A DNA stretch of 64,000 nt from Kudoa neothunni (GCA_964304625.1 OZ199839.1:5326898-5390897); one strand, 5' to 3'; numbered from the stretch's first letter, positions 25,446 to 39,386 are shown. Numbers and translations: made by a program. Notes: generated by a model not told the origin, from the sequence alone.

Positions 25446-26970
25446 TGTGTCGTTAGCTGCGTGCGCGTGTTGTCAGCGTGCGTGAGTTTGACATTGTTTC
25501 GGCGTAATTTTGCGTTGTGTTTGTTTGTCTAATATTGTGTGCATCATAATGGAATATACATCTATATAGCGGAATGTCTTTTATGTGATTTGTCTGCGTT
25601 TATTGGAAATATTGAATATATTATTACTTTATATTCATTGATAGTTGAAAATTAATCATTGTTTTGAATTTTTCGTTGATTTTAATGTTTTTTATATTTT
25701 TATTGAAATGGGAATTATATATGTTTAAATTTAATTTATAATATTTTTATATCCAGAATTGGCGGTTTAGTAAAATTTATAATTAATGTGTAATTAATAA
25801 ATGACTGAAAACCTACTTAATCTCTGGGGACGGTAAATATCGATAAATATGAGATGTTTATTGTTCGACTCTTTTTGATGGAGAATAGCAAATAATTTCT
25901 ATAATATTTTTGAGGGAATTTACTAAAAATGTTTTTAATAATTGTGTTATATAAACATCAGCGATATTATATAATTGTCATTACATTATTGACTATAGTG
26001 TGTTGAGGAAAACAACGATAATCCAATCAAATAATCCTCCTTAATCTGGTATGGAGATGTTCATCAACACTTTGAATAAATATCGGTCATAGAAATTTAA
26101 AGTAGAGTCTTTTGAGAAAATAAAGGAGAATATTTTAAAATATTAAAATAATGGCCATTTTTTTGAATTATCTAATTGTTAGTAATAGTTATTGAGAGAA
26201 CTATTTAAGCTTAGTGCTATTTCTTTATATAAACAAACCAGTTATGTTGTTTATTTACTTACTTTTGAATATAAAATATAAGCATTTTATAAGATCTTTT
26301 CATATTTTATGTTTTTTGGATATTTTATCACCTCAAATTATCGATATGATGGGCTATGTAAGTCTTCGGCATGATATTATGGTTACACATTCCATTAATT
26401 AATTTGTTTATTTCTAACTAAATTTATACCTTCGTATATTGTAAGTTGGACTTTTTATAACGATTTAAACTTAGTTATCTCAAATTAGTTTGAGTGATAA
26501 TGATTTTAAATTATCTAATTTCAATATAATATACTAGCGCAAAAGCCCCGCTTCGCGTAAGCCTCCTTGCCCGGCCAAGTAGACTAAAGCCTTGAGTAGA
26601 CCAAGATCATTTTAAGTTTAAAGTAAATCAAGAGTATTTGGACAAATAGAACAAAGATTGCACAAATAAAGTTCGGTTTATTTAATTAATATAAAAATGG
26701 TGTAAAATCTAAAAATTAACATTTATTAATTAGTTTTCGGTTATAAAGTGTAATATTACGCCATATATTTATATTCTGATGAAATATCAAACTTTAATAT
26801 GTGAATGTACGATCTACTTTGTTTTCTTGAGCGTTAATTATTACGTTTTACATAGTACGTTCACAAAAATGTACGTTTAAAGAAACTAAATACAAATATC
26901 GCATGAGTTTACTTTTATTTTGTAACGCATTAATATATTTTTTTGTTTACAAGATAAAACCCCTGGTGCA

Positions 26971-27375
26971 ACTTATTAGGGTTTTGGAATTCCGGTTGGT
27001 CATACCTCTTCCATTAACGCTTTAGGCACCGCAGGACGTAACATGAAACCCCGCCCCTTATCTTTATGCGGTAATGTGGGACTTTAACCCACTAAACACC
27101 CTCGTCTCAGGAAGATCACCATCCCAAACCCTATCCCTTTAAGGACGCTGGCTCTGTGGGGACTGCAAATTACTTGCCTTTCGATTTTCGATGGGTTCTG
27201 GTGATTCACGCTCACTCCACTTCACAGCGAGCGTAACATTGTAACCACACAGCTCCCAAATATGGGATAGAGATCCACCGACACGAAAGCAATAGTCCGA
27301 CCACTGGCGGATTCGAATCCATTACCACCACACGGTTCTGAGCCCGAGTGTCACACCGATGCGCTATCTGTTCTC
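26971..27375 (-). mobile_element. tRNA-derived SINE
   Basis: Pol III A box TAGCGCATCGG (27356-27366) and B box GGATTCGAATCC (27309-27320), 35 nt apart, followed by a ~330-bp GC-rich body. No proper acceptor stem or T-run terminator. Boundaries are approximate. Confidence 0.7.
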
Positions 27376-27976
27376 ATTCATTATTTTCATCGGATAGAAC
27401 TAATCTATTGTTTAATGTATTACAAGTTTGTAAATTTAAAATTACATAACATATTCTCTTTGAAAGGTTAAAGTCAAGTAACACCGTAAAAATACACAAG
27501 AGGAATCATGTATTTTGTTATCATAATTGTAACAATGATATCTTTTATCATCAAACTTTAAAAAATTATAAATTCAAAATAAATTTAATGCATAGAAAAT
27601 GATTTTTAACATAATAATTCCAATAAAAATATCAAATAACGACGCAAACAATCATGTGCTATGATTATTTTTACGATTATTTCATCTACAACAACTACAA
27701 ATATGTAAAAAAATATAAACTACATTGTGCAGAAAGAAACTCCTTGATTAATTTATTATTTAAGAATTGAAATCTAATATGTGCAAATTGCTTTCTCTTC
27801 TTAGAACCTTTTTAGTATATACAGCATACAGTATTTCACGATCAAGATGCAAGCATGTCCAACCAAGATGCAAACTGTCAGCGCATATAGCACTTATGTC
27901 CAATCGAGATGCAAACACACTTAAAAATGACGCAAAAAACTATGATAATGCTTTAAATTTACAATAAACGAACAAT

Positions 27977-29111
27977 CTAATTGTTTATTTCTTCACTTCT
28001 CAGACATGCTGAAAAATATGACTTAGAATGCCGAATATAGCTTTGACAGTTGGCTTCTGAGACAACTCTTTGGCTTAATTCAATACAGTTAAGCAGGTCT
28101 TCATGAGTTTTTGGGGCTTGCCTTTTCACTTCGCACTTTAACTGATTGAAGACTTCCTCAATGGGGTTGAGAAAGGGAGAATAGGGCGGCAATAGGAGTA
28201 ATTTGTGCCCGCTATTATTTATAATGCTCCTAACATTGTCTGTTTTATGGAAGGCCACATTATCCATGATGATCAAGTATTTTTTGTTTTCGGAAGCCAA
28301 ATCATGGAAAAGTTGGATTAGGAAGTCCCCAAAAACCGATTGGTTTACACCACCTCGATGTAGCTTAAAACCACATATTTTAGTGGTGCTCATCGCCGCA
28401 ATTAGGGTAATATTTTGCGATCTGATGGTTTTCACTCTTAAGTTGGCTCTTGTTCCACAAAGAGATCTACCTTGGGATCGACGTGTTGCCAAAGAAAACC
28501 CAGACTCGTCAATGAAAATCATATCGGTGTACGCTGGCTCAAGGTTTATATATTCGTTGACGTAACTAAATTATAATAATTTAGATAAGACAAAGATTTG
28601 TTTACTCAAATCTCAAGGAGATTGTTCGGGGGGAGTTTCTATCTGTTGGGACAAGAGAAACCTTCTTAAGAGTGTAATGAAACTCGTTAAGTGCTCTCTG
28701 GATAGTTTGCCTTGATACTTTTAAATTGTATCGTTGGAAAACTTTATCGGCTAATTGGATGAGGGATAATGTGCAATTTTCATCAATCGCATGAAGAATG
28801 AATTGTTTATGTTCTTCATTTAATAATGAGCGATGATCACCACCAGTTTCCTTTCGACAATAAGAACCAGTTTTATTATATTTTTTTATTATCCTACTAA
28901 CTGTAGCCTCATGCACGCCTAGATCACTTGATATTTGTCGATTAGTCATGCCACTCTATGCCATTATCTCATTAACTATATTTTCGAATATTAATACCTT
29001 ATGTCTTATTATAATATCCGCTCTGGTTGATGGAGGAGTTAGTTTATAGGATCTTATGTTTTTTGAACTATTCTCTGGGATATCTGACAAACACGAATCA
29101 TCGCTGGACAT
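27977..29111 (-). CDS. Intact DD34E Tc1-like transposase, 3 exons
   Basis: Removing introns 28956-28997 (42 nt) and 28566-28605 (40 nt) gives one ~350-aa ORF: HTH RQISSDLGVHEATVSRII, FIDESGF, IMDNVAFH and LPPYSPFLNPIE (34 residues from D to E). An alternative in-frame ATG lies at 29156. Confidence 0.9.
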
Positions 29112-29361
29112 AATGCTAAATTGCGCGTGCGGTTTGCAAAATTCTCGAAAATTCATCTATTAATCAACTGTCATATTACTTTTCAAATGGTTTAGCATGC
29201 AATCGCAAATAAAAATAATAGTATGAATCTTAAATGAGTCTCATTAAACCCCTTAGAAGATTTTTCTTGTGTAAATTGATAGGAATACTGCCGAACGATT
29301 CTTCTAAGATTCAAAATAATTAAGGCTTAATTTATATAGTAACTATAATTTATTTAAAATA

Positions 29362-29938
29362 AATATATAAACCTTGAGCCAGCGTACACCGATATGATTT
29401 TCATTGACGAGTCTGGGTTTTCTTTGGCAACACATCGATCCCAAGGTAGATCTCTTTGTGGAACAAGAGCCAACTTAAGAGTGAAAACCATCAGATCGCA
29501 AAATATTACCCTAATTGCGGCGATGAGCACCACTAAAATATGTGGTTTTAAGCTACATCGAGGTGGTGTAAACCAATCGGTTTTTGGGGACTTCCTAATC
29601 CAACTTTTCCATGATTTGGCTTCCGAAAACAAAAAATACTTGATCATCATGGATAATGTGGCCTTCCATAAAACAGACAATGTTAGGAGCATTATAAATA
29701 ATAGCGGGCACAAATTACTCCTATTGCCGCCCCATTCTCCTTTCTCAACCCCATTGAGGAAGTCTTCAATCAGTTAAAGTGCGAAGTGAAAAGGCAAGCC
29801 CCAAAAACTCATGAAGACCTGCTTAACTGTATTGAATTAAGCCAAAGAGTTGTCTCAGAAGCCAACTGTCAAAGCTATATTCGGCATTCTAAGTCATATT
29901 TTTCAGCATGTCTGAGAAGTGAAGAAATAAACAATTAG
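29362..29938 (+). pseudogene. Inverted 5'-truncated copy of the Tc1 catalytic exon
   Basis: Reverse complement of 27977-28554 with a 1-nt deletion at PYSPF and R>H and Y>H changes. Confidence 0.9.
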
Positions 29939-30166
29939 ATTGTTCGTTTATTGTAAATTTAAAGCATTATCATAGTTTTTTTGCGTCATTTTTAAGTGTG
30001 TTTGCATCTCGATTGGACATAAGTGCTATATGCGCTGACAGTTTGCATCTTGGTTGAACATGCTTGCATCTTGATCGTGAAATACTGTAACGATATTAAG
30101 CTGTTTTACATTTATTAAATAATATAAAAATGAAATTAGCTATATAGAAGATGTTTCAATAGCTAA

Positions 30167-31600
30167 CCCTCTAATGACATTGAGGTAGATTTAACCCCAG
30201 ATTTTTTTCGATCATTTTATTTGAAAAATTAATATAAAGTAATATGCAAAGTTTTAAAAAATTCATATGAACAAATTTCCAGTAAAATACAGAATATTGA
30301 CACCATTAAGACCATTTTAATCCTATCGGATGATTTCGCGCACTGTTCTAAAACTTATATAAACGCGGCCAGGGAATGAAATGTGTATTTGTGGTAAGGA
30401 TAAGTAGACGACTAAATAAAAAATAATATATAATCAAATCAGTTCTTTTTGGGGGGTTTCTTTAAAAATGTTTGAATAGATGCGGAAGGCGTTGATTAAT
30501 ATGTCAATCATATTATAAAATACGACGACTGGCCATCTTCTGCAGAACCTACGGACGAATATTGAAGATATCATCCTGTCTACAGTATCAACCCCACCTT
30601 TAGTGCTATTGTAATGTTCTATAACGTGTGATTTTCTGTCATTTTGTGGACTTCCTATGTTGGTGTTATTTGTTCCTGTCGATAACAAATTAACGACCTT
30701 TCCTTTCTTGGGAACATATGATGTTATCATGTTTTTCTCATTGAAGAGGAATATGGTACTATGAAACGCCTTGTTCCTTGATGGAAGCACACATGGAGGC
30801 AAACCCCTCTTATTGTTTTATTGTTCTTTATCGCCCCAAGATAAGTAAAGCGTTTTGCAGCAACTTTGATGCCAGTTATAGCGACGAAGAAAAACTACCG
30901 GCAACAATGTTCCTCCCGGAATTGTACAATGGAGATGCAAGTCAAAGAACAACGCTTTCGCCAATTCTCCCAATATAAGTATAAGGAGAAATATTGAGGA
31001 GATATTTCTCAACAGGATCAGCCATGAGAAAAAATTTAATCCCATATTTCGCCGGTTTTATAGCCATATATTGTCTAAAGGGGCATTTTCCCTTAAAAGG
31101 GAAAAGTTGTTCGTCAATTGTGGCATCTTCATGAGCGCAAAGTACTTGGGTAATTCATTTACCCACATGTTCCAAACATCACGAATTGCAGAAAATTTAT
31201 CAGCACTTCTTTTCATTCTTGTGTCTTTATTGTCAAAGTGAAGTTTCCCCGATATTTGTAAAAAACAAGTTCGAAAAAAAAGCTGACGATAAATTTGCTT
31301 CGCTTCTGATAAACTAAAAAGTTCATGCAAAAGTTCTGTTCTCTCTTGATGAATTCGCGTTAAGATAAGGATTCCCAGAAACCCTTTAAATTCTACATCA
31401 TCAACTTTTTTACATGAATCATGGAAATAATCACATCCAAACATACTTGTGTTTTTAATAATTTCTCCACAAATATCTTCTTTAAAGAATATCAAAAAAC
31501 AACCCCAAACTTCTTTTATGCGTTAAATGCAGTAAACTGTTGGCCCTGGATTACAATTCATTGTGTTTTCAATTGATATTTCTTATAATATCGGTGCAAA
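30167..31600 (-). mobile_element. Decayed piggyBac transposon (PGBD4-like)
   Basis: CCCTCTAATGAC terminus; fragments DKFSAIRDVWN, SYVPKKGKVVNLLST, YNSTKGGVDTVD and RRWPVVVFYNMID; multiple frameshifts. Confidence 0.85.
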
Positions 31601-32050
31601 ATCACTCAATTCATTTAGATGTGGTAAATATGATTTTCTATTTGAATATGAATCCAATTTATTGATTTGTACCTTATTTAATGTCACCTAATCAGGACAC
31701 TTCACATACTTCCTTATTTCGACTTTATATACTAACTGAATATTGACGGTATTTATTGAATTTAATGTTCTCAATTAAACTATTTAAATGTGATTATCCA
31801 CTATAACAATTTTATGCATATTTAGAATATTATTTTCAACGTTTAAATATATAACTTTTTATTGGTGATTTTATTCAAAAAATGTTGGACAGACTTTTTA
31901 CACCAAGTCATGCATCACTCAGATGTTCTCATATACTCTACTATATGACTATATGAATTTTGAAAAAAACTTTTTGAACGCATTTGATAAACAAATCATT
32001 TTAAAGCGTTGTAACATAAATTCCATCTTATGGATATGTAAAATACATAT

Positions 32051-34934
32051 TCACGATGGTATCAGATATCTAAATAGCATATGAATTAAAAAGAAAAATT
32101 TTTTATCATAATTTCTCTTACTACTCTCATTTTTTGGTTTACAATTCACGCAGCTACAATATTTTGATAATGGGCTCATTTTAATTTGTTGACATTTAAA
32201 ATGGCTCCATTGAAGACATATGTCGCAGCCTATGAACTCATTGTTTTTAAAAGTTTCTTTGCATACAAAACATCTGTAGCCAGTAGCTTTCTTCGGAGAT
32301 ATTATTGTTTTTGTGTTAGATAGAGAATCTTTACAAACGTAGAGATAGATTTGTTCAATATTAATTCTTGGGTCAGGGACGGCATCACTTACGTTACCAG
32401 AAAAAACCTCGACTTCATTTTCGTCGATAACTGCTCCGCCCATCAATACTCTAACAGCCACCTTCTTACCAACAAACCAACAAAGAATTTCTGATAATTG
32501 TTAAAAATAGACAGAATGTATTTTAATTATTAGAAAGTTTTTGTTTTTCTGTTAGATTTAAAAATGACTGGGAAAATAAATTTGAACGTTTAAACCAATC
32601 ACTGTATTTGATGTACCCTTTGAGCAACCTTTGCGTTTTACTCTTGAGGGTAAAACTAACTCTAACAATGCCAATTAAAACACGTTATAGAAATTACTTT
32701 ACCTGAAACTTTTTTGGTTTCAAGACTAAATGGCGGCGAGTTCTCATTATTATATGATTGCCTATTGTGAGAATAATAATTACAATTTGATATGCATTTT
32801 ATTTCGCTAGATTTTTATTTTTCTCTTGAGATTCACTATCTACTTAATTTATTTCAAATATTTAATAAGAAAAATACTTGAAAGTTCTATTATAATATAT
32901 TTTCAATTGGTGCATTTAATATTTGGTCTGTAGAACATGTATCATCAATCTTTTCAATTCGAATTTTTTCGTCATTTTCATTTTCAACAAATTTAATTAA
33001 TTTCCTTAATTCTTTGATCCAACATTCATAATCAGAACCAGTTTTTTTTTAAATCTTGCGACTACTTCTTTCATTAATTTAGTAGCTTCATTAAGTTTTG
33101 AATGTTCTGAATAGACAGTAATTTTTGGTAATGAATTTATAATAATCAAACCATTCTCGGATGAACTTTTATTTGTTTCATAAACATCCGCCAGTTCAGA
33201 ATTTTCAACAAAATACTCCCTTGTCCATCTCTTCAAGCACAAACATTTATCAAAAAGAGGAAGGTTGTGTTATTTCCGCATGGAGAAAACGTGACGACAT
33301 GGCAGTTCCATGCTAAGACGGAAAGCACAATTGCGTTTCTCCGTAGTTGCCTCTATAAAAATTATGCATCGAGGATTCGTAGTTTTATACATTTTGTGTC
33401 GGCATTAATTGATCAAATTCTTCCAAAACTTTTTTATATAAGTATAGCGTTAAATATTTGAAATAAATAAACATAATTTCGTTTATTTCGCGTCGAGGAG
33501 TTTTAAGAAGTTCCATAGCGTCTTTAGAATCCTTCTCCATTCTTGATCCTTCCAAATAAATTAAGTACATTTTCATAAATTCTTCAAAGAAAGCATAAAG
33601 AGGGATGACTGGCTTCACTTTTGAGTTGATACACTCAACCTGGTTGTTGGTGAGGTTTTCAAACATCCCCTCATAGCTATGAAGCCCTGTGACCCATTCG
33701 TGTTTGATAGGGTCCCAGTTGTTGGTGAAATATCGATAAACATTTTCAACGACGCTTTCCTTCAGGGTTTTTTTTCTCTCATTGTATTCATTTGTATTTT
33801 TCGAGTAGGAAATTTTTTGTAGAATTTCAATGTCCAGATCTTTCTCCTGTCTGCGAATATTCATTCGCTCGGTTTTAATTTCTCGACCGAATGATTTCAA
33901 CACATGATATAAACATATGTGGAGACTGGAATTAGGAGACACTTGTTTTATAACTTTCCTCTCCATAATGTCTTTATCAGTCAAGAATACCTTGGTTTTC
34001 GTTTCCATCGTTGGAATGTGCTTCTTCATTGTTTGAAGGAATCAAGAAAAAACTTCTTCGGTCTCCTCAACCAACACTCCAACTGCGACCACCTCATTGG
34101 TCCCTCTAGTATCCATAATGGTGGCAAAATATACCGGGGCTCCGAAATTTAAAAGTTTATATGTGGCATCCATACAAATTATTTCTGGATATGCCTGAAG
34201 TGTTTTATTCATCCGTGAGTCTTGAAAAAATAAGCTCTTGAACTCATTGTTGTTTTCCAATATCTCTATATATCTTCCTTTCTTATTAAAATTTTTTAAA
34301 AATTCCGGGCTCTTTGTATGTGATTTAAAATAGTACTTCATGTTAGACAGTTTTCTCACGAAAAAAACTTTCCCTTTTTTCGTAATATTTTTTGTTGGAT
34401 TATTTTGGAATTTCCGTTAACTTGATTAAATTGAGTGATAAGGTCACTTTCATCCTTTGATATTTTATTTCTACTATGCGAAAATTGTGATGAATAGTTC
34501 ATAGAATCATGGTTATGGGATAAGTCAAAGGATTTTAACACGAGTTTTTTTCCATCACGGAAACCGAAAATTTTAGAAACATTGGGCAGGCTTTGTAGTA
34601 AGAATTCAAATTTCATTTACCAGCAGATCGCATTCTCTAAAAGAATGACAGTATTTTTGCGAATTTTAATGCATATACAAAATTTAATTAAATATTTGAA
34701 GAAATTACGTTTTTTTCCGCCATTAACACAATAGTATTTTATATGATAATACTTAAGTATTGGATTTAACGTTTTATCACATCGCTTCTGGGCTGTTTCG
34801 ATGGTTTTAAAGTCATATATGGATAAATTGATTTTGGATTTTTGTTCTTATTCTTCTATTTTCAACTTTAATTCTTCAAAACTGTTAAAAGTATGTCCGA
34901 TTTGAAAAATCATATTAAGTTCAGTCAAGCTCAT
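32051..34934 (-). mobile_element. Decayed Mutator (MULE) transposase, ZSWIM3-like, with SWIM and C-terminal PHD finger
   Basis: FQIGHTFNSFEEL, HNH, PEIICMDATYKL, FLTDKD, CLYHV, TNNQVECINSKVK, SWIM (CNCAF..ELPCRH), LKRWT and PHD CFVC...IGCDICLQWSHFKC...C..C; stops and frameshifts; TIRs not resolved. Confidence 0.85.
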
Positions 34935-35469
34935 TTCGTATGCACGCGCGTAGGGCTAAAATCAAAATTTTTCTTTTACTATAACAACTCCATACTTTAT
35001 TTTGTTGATGGTCTTGTGAAAAATCTTTCATTTTTTACAATAATTTTGTATTACAACATTAAGGGATGATTACAATAAAAACTTGATTTAATTAGATAAT
35101 TACAAGCTAAATTATAACTAAAAATGTTCATGTGAATGAACAAATAAATAACTCATTAACTCAATAAAAAGACTTTGTATAGAACATTTAGTCGAAACTA
35201 TATTACATTATACAGAATATATTTATCCCATATGTTCCGACAAAAAAAATGGAAAGGAATTGTAAGTTGTTTTATATCATACAACACAGGTTTACTATAA
35301 TAAAAAGCTCAAAAATTAAATGGAACAATTTTTTCTGGCCAATAGACACTTCCTTTTTTTAAAATTTCTATTTAAAGGATTCTTTACATGATCAATAATC
35401 AATTTTTTAAAGTAAAATATTTTAATTTCTGCCACTCAAATTAAAAATTTTGACATATCTATTAACCAA

Positions 35470-35824
35470 GAATATGGAAACTTAAAGGAAAATCAGTACA
35501 TAATTATGATAGTTTTTACACGTCTACAGAGACAGAGGAGTAACCAATTTTTTTAAATAATTGATGATTAATTTTTGTTGAATATACATATAAGCGTGTG
35601 TTCAGATATAGTACAAATTTATATAAAACTGAATGCTTATGTTTTAAATATTGCATTGGTTTATACGCTACGTTGTATATGTCGTACGGTGATGGGTGCT
35701 ACTTTTACCTGGAAATATGATTAAATAGTTCTTCTGGTTTCCGGATAATCGAACATTTATCGACACGTAATGTCAATGAAATCCAAATAAGATTTAAGAT
35801 TTACGGATAGTCGAGATTCTACTG
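35470..35824 (-). mobile_element. Partial Tigger-family copy
   Basis: Diverged reverse complement of ~20945-21330, ending GAGATTCTACTG|TA. Confidence 0.7.
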
Positions 35825-36986
35825 TAATTGAATTTAGCAAAATCTAACAAATCAAATCTATAGATAGATTTTGAGTTAGAATTGATGGGATTAGAAACTG
35901 TCATTATAGAAGTGTACAAGCCTCCTAGGAACAGAGTTTACCCCTCAAATAGCCACTGTCATAATTAAACCAGTATAAAACCTTATACTAAATATGAATT
36001 TGGGTCCCAAGTCAAGAGGATAAATTTGATAAAAACGGATAAGAAACCTTGCTATAGAGTAACTGATTAACTTTCGTTATAGTTAATACGAATATTATTA
36101 TTCATGGACCTATCTAAGAGCCTTCTTAATGTTACTTACGAGAGTCGTTACTTGAATTCTCGCCCGGATATTTTAACTATTAACTCTAAATTGTTAATTC
36201 ATGGTAGCTACTAGAAATTAATATTGGAATATTAATGTGTGCATCAATTTTTGTAGGGCCATGTTGGCAAATTGTCAAATTTTGAATTTTAGAATAAATT
36301 GACCTAAAGCGTTAATATACCGAATTTTCCATCATTCACATTATATACTAATTAATTTTTAATTTATTGTTTCAAAAAATATAATCGTCGCAAGAATGAA
36401 ACCACCAAAATATAAGATTTACATTATGAAATAACCCTATTAACTATAAAAAGTATCGAAGATCATTCAATAATAAAATAACTAATTAAGCTATACTTAA
36501 AATTAAGCACTTGCATTGTTGTGTTTTTGTCCAATAGTTTACCTATAAATGAGCATTAATAACATAAACTAAACACATTACATTGAATAATACATGTTCG
36601 TATACTTATCAGTTTATAGATGTAGTGTAAATAAAATTCTGAGCCAATACGAGAATTTCCCGTAGAAATTTACTCAGTGGATTAATTTCATTTACGCCTA
36701 TTATAATTATTATAAGAAATAATGATTTTGAACTAAATTTGACGTGGTTCTTTATTAACCCATATGTATTTCTTGTTAAAAAAATAAGAATAATGCAATT
36801 AATTTTCATAAATTATCAAAAAAAATAATAATAATTAGATTAAAAGTGTATAATTATCTTGGTATGTTGAAAGTAATAAAAATTAATTATTATTGATTAT
36901 TATAATTGTTTTTTTTCGTTAACTTACGTCTAAAATATTGAATACAGGTAGTGGCGAGTAATATCGATTGACTCCATATCTTGTAG

Positions 36987-39386
36987 GAAAAATGTACATA
37001 CGATCACATAATACTGATTTATGATGTATTTAAGGTAAAATATAAATTCTATTTTATATAGTGAAAAAATATTAACTCCGAATAAAAAATATCAATCAAA
37101 ACATTCGTTTGTCAGTATTGTTGAAGATGTTGAATTTTTTGATTTATTCTGTTTTTCTTGGATATTTTCAGAATGTGTTCAGTAAAAAATCTACGAACCA
37201 TCCAGTATAATATATTATTCTGACAATAAGAAATAATCGAAACTTATCAAGGACTTATTGCTTACTCTCGACTACAACAAATACACCGTTACACAGTTTA
37301 CATGCAGTTTCCACAATGAATATTACTTTGGTATGCAATGTCTTCAATTAAACCAACATGAGTGCTCCGGTATAAGATAATGAACTTGAATTTTTAATAT
37401 AATCACAAAGAATTCGAGCCGAATACAAGATTATCGCGAATTCAACTTGAAAACAAACGTCTAGGAGAATATATCAAGAAGAAAAAATTTAAAGGAGCTA
37501 TCATTTCTATTCAAGTTCCAGCTAAATCGTTAAATCCAAAGTAATAGGCTATCATCGTGAAAATGTTAATTTTATGTTTATAAAGGTTGATAAAGACATA
37601 CGAAGATTTTTTTGGCAGGATATATATGCGTATTATAACATTTGATGATTTTAATTATCCCATATATAATGAAATCATGACATTATCAGATAAAATATTT
37701 TACGATTATATGGCATCAAATGCCTGTTTGATGCCGTTCAGATTGGTGATCCATTCGTATACGTCAAACAAATTATTTTTTAATATTCGTTTCTTTTAGC
37801 CAGATGGATCAGCCGTTTATAGATCAGTAATTAGAAATTTTATTCACTTTATTTTACACCAAAAACTCCTGCTATTCAATTATTTCATTAGGAAAATATA
37901 AAAACTTTTAATTAATTTAATATTTGTTAATATTTATATGTTAGGAATATGATGATCATGTTTATTTGAACATTGATGAAAAGAGAATTACGTTTGGATA
38001 TTTTACAAGAAGGGACCATCAAAATCCAGACATTAAAATATATAGATCCTTAAATTTAGCTCTGCCATTCTATTCAAAGACAATACCAGGTTTTGGATAT
38101 GGACATATCTTACCCTATATATTTTACCATTCATATGATGTAATATTTTATACGAATATTATAACTATTGTCTAATAGACTGGCAAGTATTTTGTTGATG
38201 ATAATGTAAATCGTATAAAATTTCCTTGCTCGTCAATAAATACAAAGATAACGACCTCTAAACTAGACTTCATAAATTGGTCATTTAAAGACAAAATATT
38301 TTTGGATATAATAGACATCAATGGTACCGATGATTATCCTCTTTGTGTTCAATTGATTAAGGATGCAATGTTTACTTCGAATAGTTCCCATTTTTGGAAC
38401 GATATGACAGACCTATTGCTCCAAACTCAATTTCCAGTAAAAATTGGAAGCAATAAATTAAATATAGGATATAATTTTATATTCAACTTGATAATAAAAT
38501 ATTTCATTAACATATTTGTACGCTACAGATATATAACGTCAAAACAAGTTCTCTTAGTGATGAATACCAATCACTGGGAACTATTAAATCATTATCCGAA
38601 TCTGCTGATAGTCCATATATTGACAAAAGCAGTGGATCGTTGGAATCCCCCGAAAATGCATATGACTACTTAAATGAAGTGGTTTTAAGAATTTATAACT
38701 ATCTTCTGATTGAAGTTTTTGCAAGTTCAGCAAATCAACGTCACAAAAAATACGTCTATTTGATTCGTGTATATAGGTTGTGTTTATAATGAAATATTTT
38801 CTCTTATTATTACAGGACTCTAACTATAATTCGCAATATGAATTTATGAATTATCAAGCTATGTTGAGACTAATACCATGTAATGTTTTGACTTTTTTAA
38901 TAGATTTTAAAATTTTAATATTAAGTTAATAAGGCCTTTGATGTGGAATTAACGGATATAGGAACAGGCGTAGACCATGAATCAAATGAGGGAACTGAAT
39001 CGTCAGATGGAAATTCGGAGTCAGAGGAATCTCCTCAACCCGGGGACAAATACAACGATAACCACATCAGCGAAAAGAGTGAAGCTGATTCTACACCAGT
39101 CGGTGAGGAAGAAAAAGAACCTACAAATGTCGGTGAGGAAACAAACGAGTCTTCACAAGTAGATGAGGAAAGCTCGGATGAACAAGAAAATGAGAAAGAC
39201 TCCAACGTATCTGCCGAAAATTCTAGTTCTATACAGGAAACCACAGTTCTTGACCAAAAGTTGAAATCAAATTCCTCAATGTTGGTTAAAATTATCGTTC
39301 CGGTTGTGATAGTAGTAATTCTCCTATCAATCGGAATATACATCTTCATTGCCAAAAGGAAATCTAAAAGTAATAACGAGATTTGA
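36987..39386 (+). CDS. Uncharacterised multi-exon type I membrane protein (5' structure unresolved)
   Basis: Run of ~40-nt GT-AG introns linking open exons. The last exon encodes an acidic Ser/Glu stalk, a TM helix IIVPVVIVVILLSIGIYIFIA and a basic KRKSK tail. The exon near 37170-37370 has stops in every frame unless additionally spliced. Confidence 0.55.

Larger units (their letters stand above)
27829..30087 (-). mobile_element. Tc1/IS630-family element bounded by ~726-bp inverted repeats
   Basis: TA|CAGTATTTCACGATCAAGATGCAA ... TTGCATCTTGATCGTGAAATACTG|TA. Arms 27829-28554 and 29362-30087 are about 99% identical; three (A/G)AGATGCAA subterminal direct repeats. Confidence 0.92.

Noticed and set aside
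26532-26570. Helitron-like 3' end (GC-rich stretch ending CTAGT on the minus strand)
   Set aside because: Motif too short; no 5' end, second copy or Rep/helicase to support it.
27300-27375. Functional tRNA gene (CAG-like loop)
   Set aside because: Acceptor stem does not pair, there is no terminator, and it continues into a SINE-like body.
36609-36809. ORF with a signal-peptide-like N-terminus
   Set aside because: AT-rich sequence yields hydrophobic ORFs by chance; no consistent splice path found.
37170-37240. Stop-codon reassignment suggested by in-frame TAA
   Set aside because: Photolyase and SLC38 end in TAA and FUBP and MOB4 in TAG at the expected positions, with no internal stops in conserved exons.
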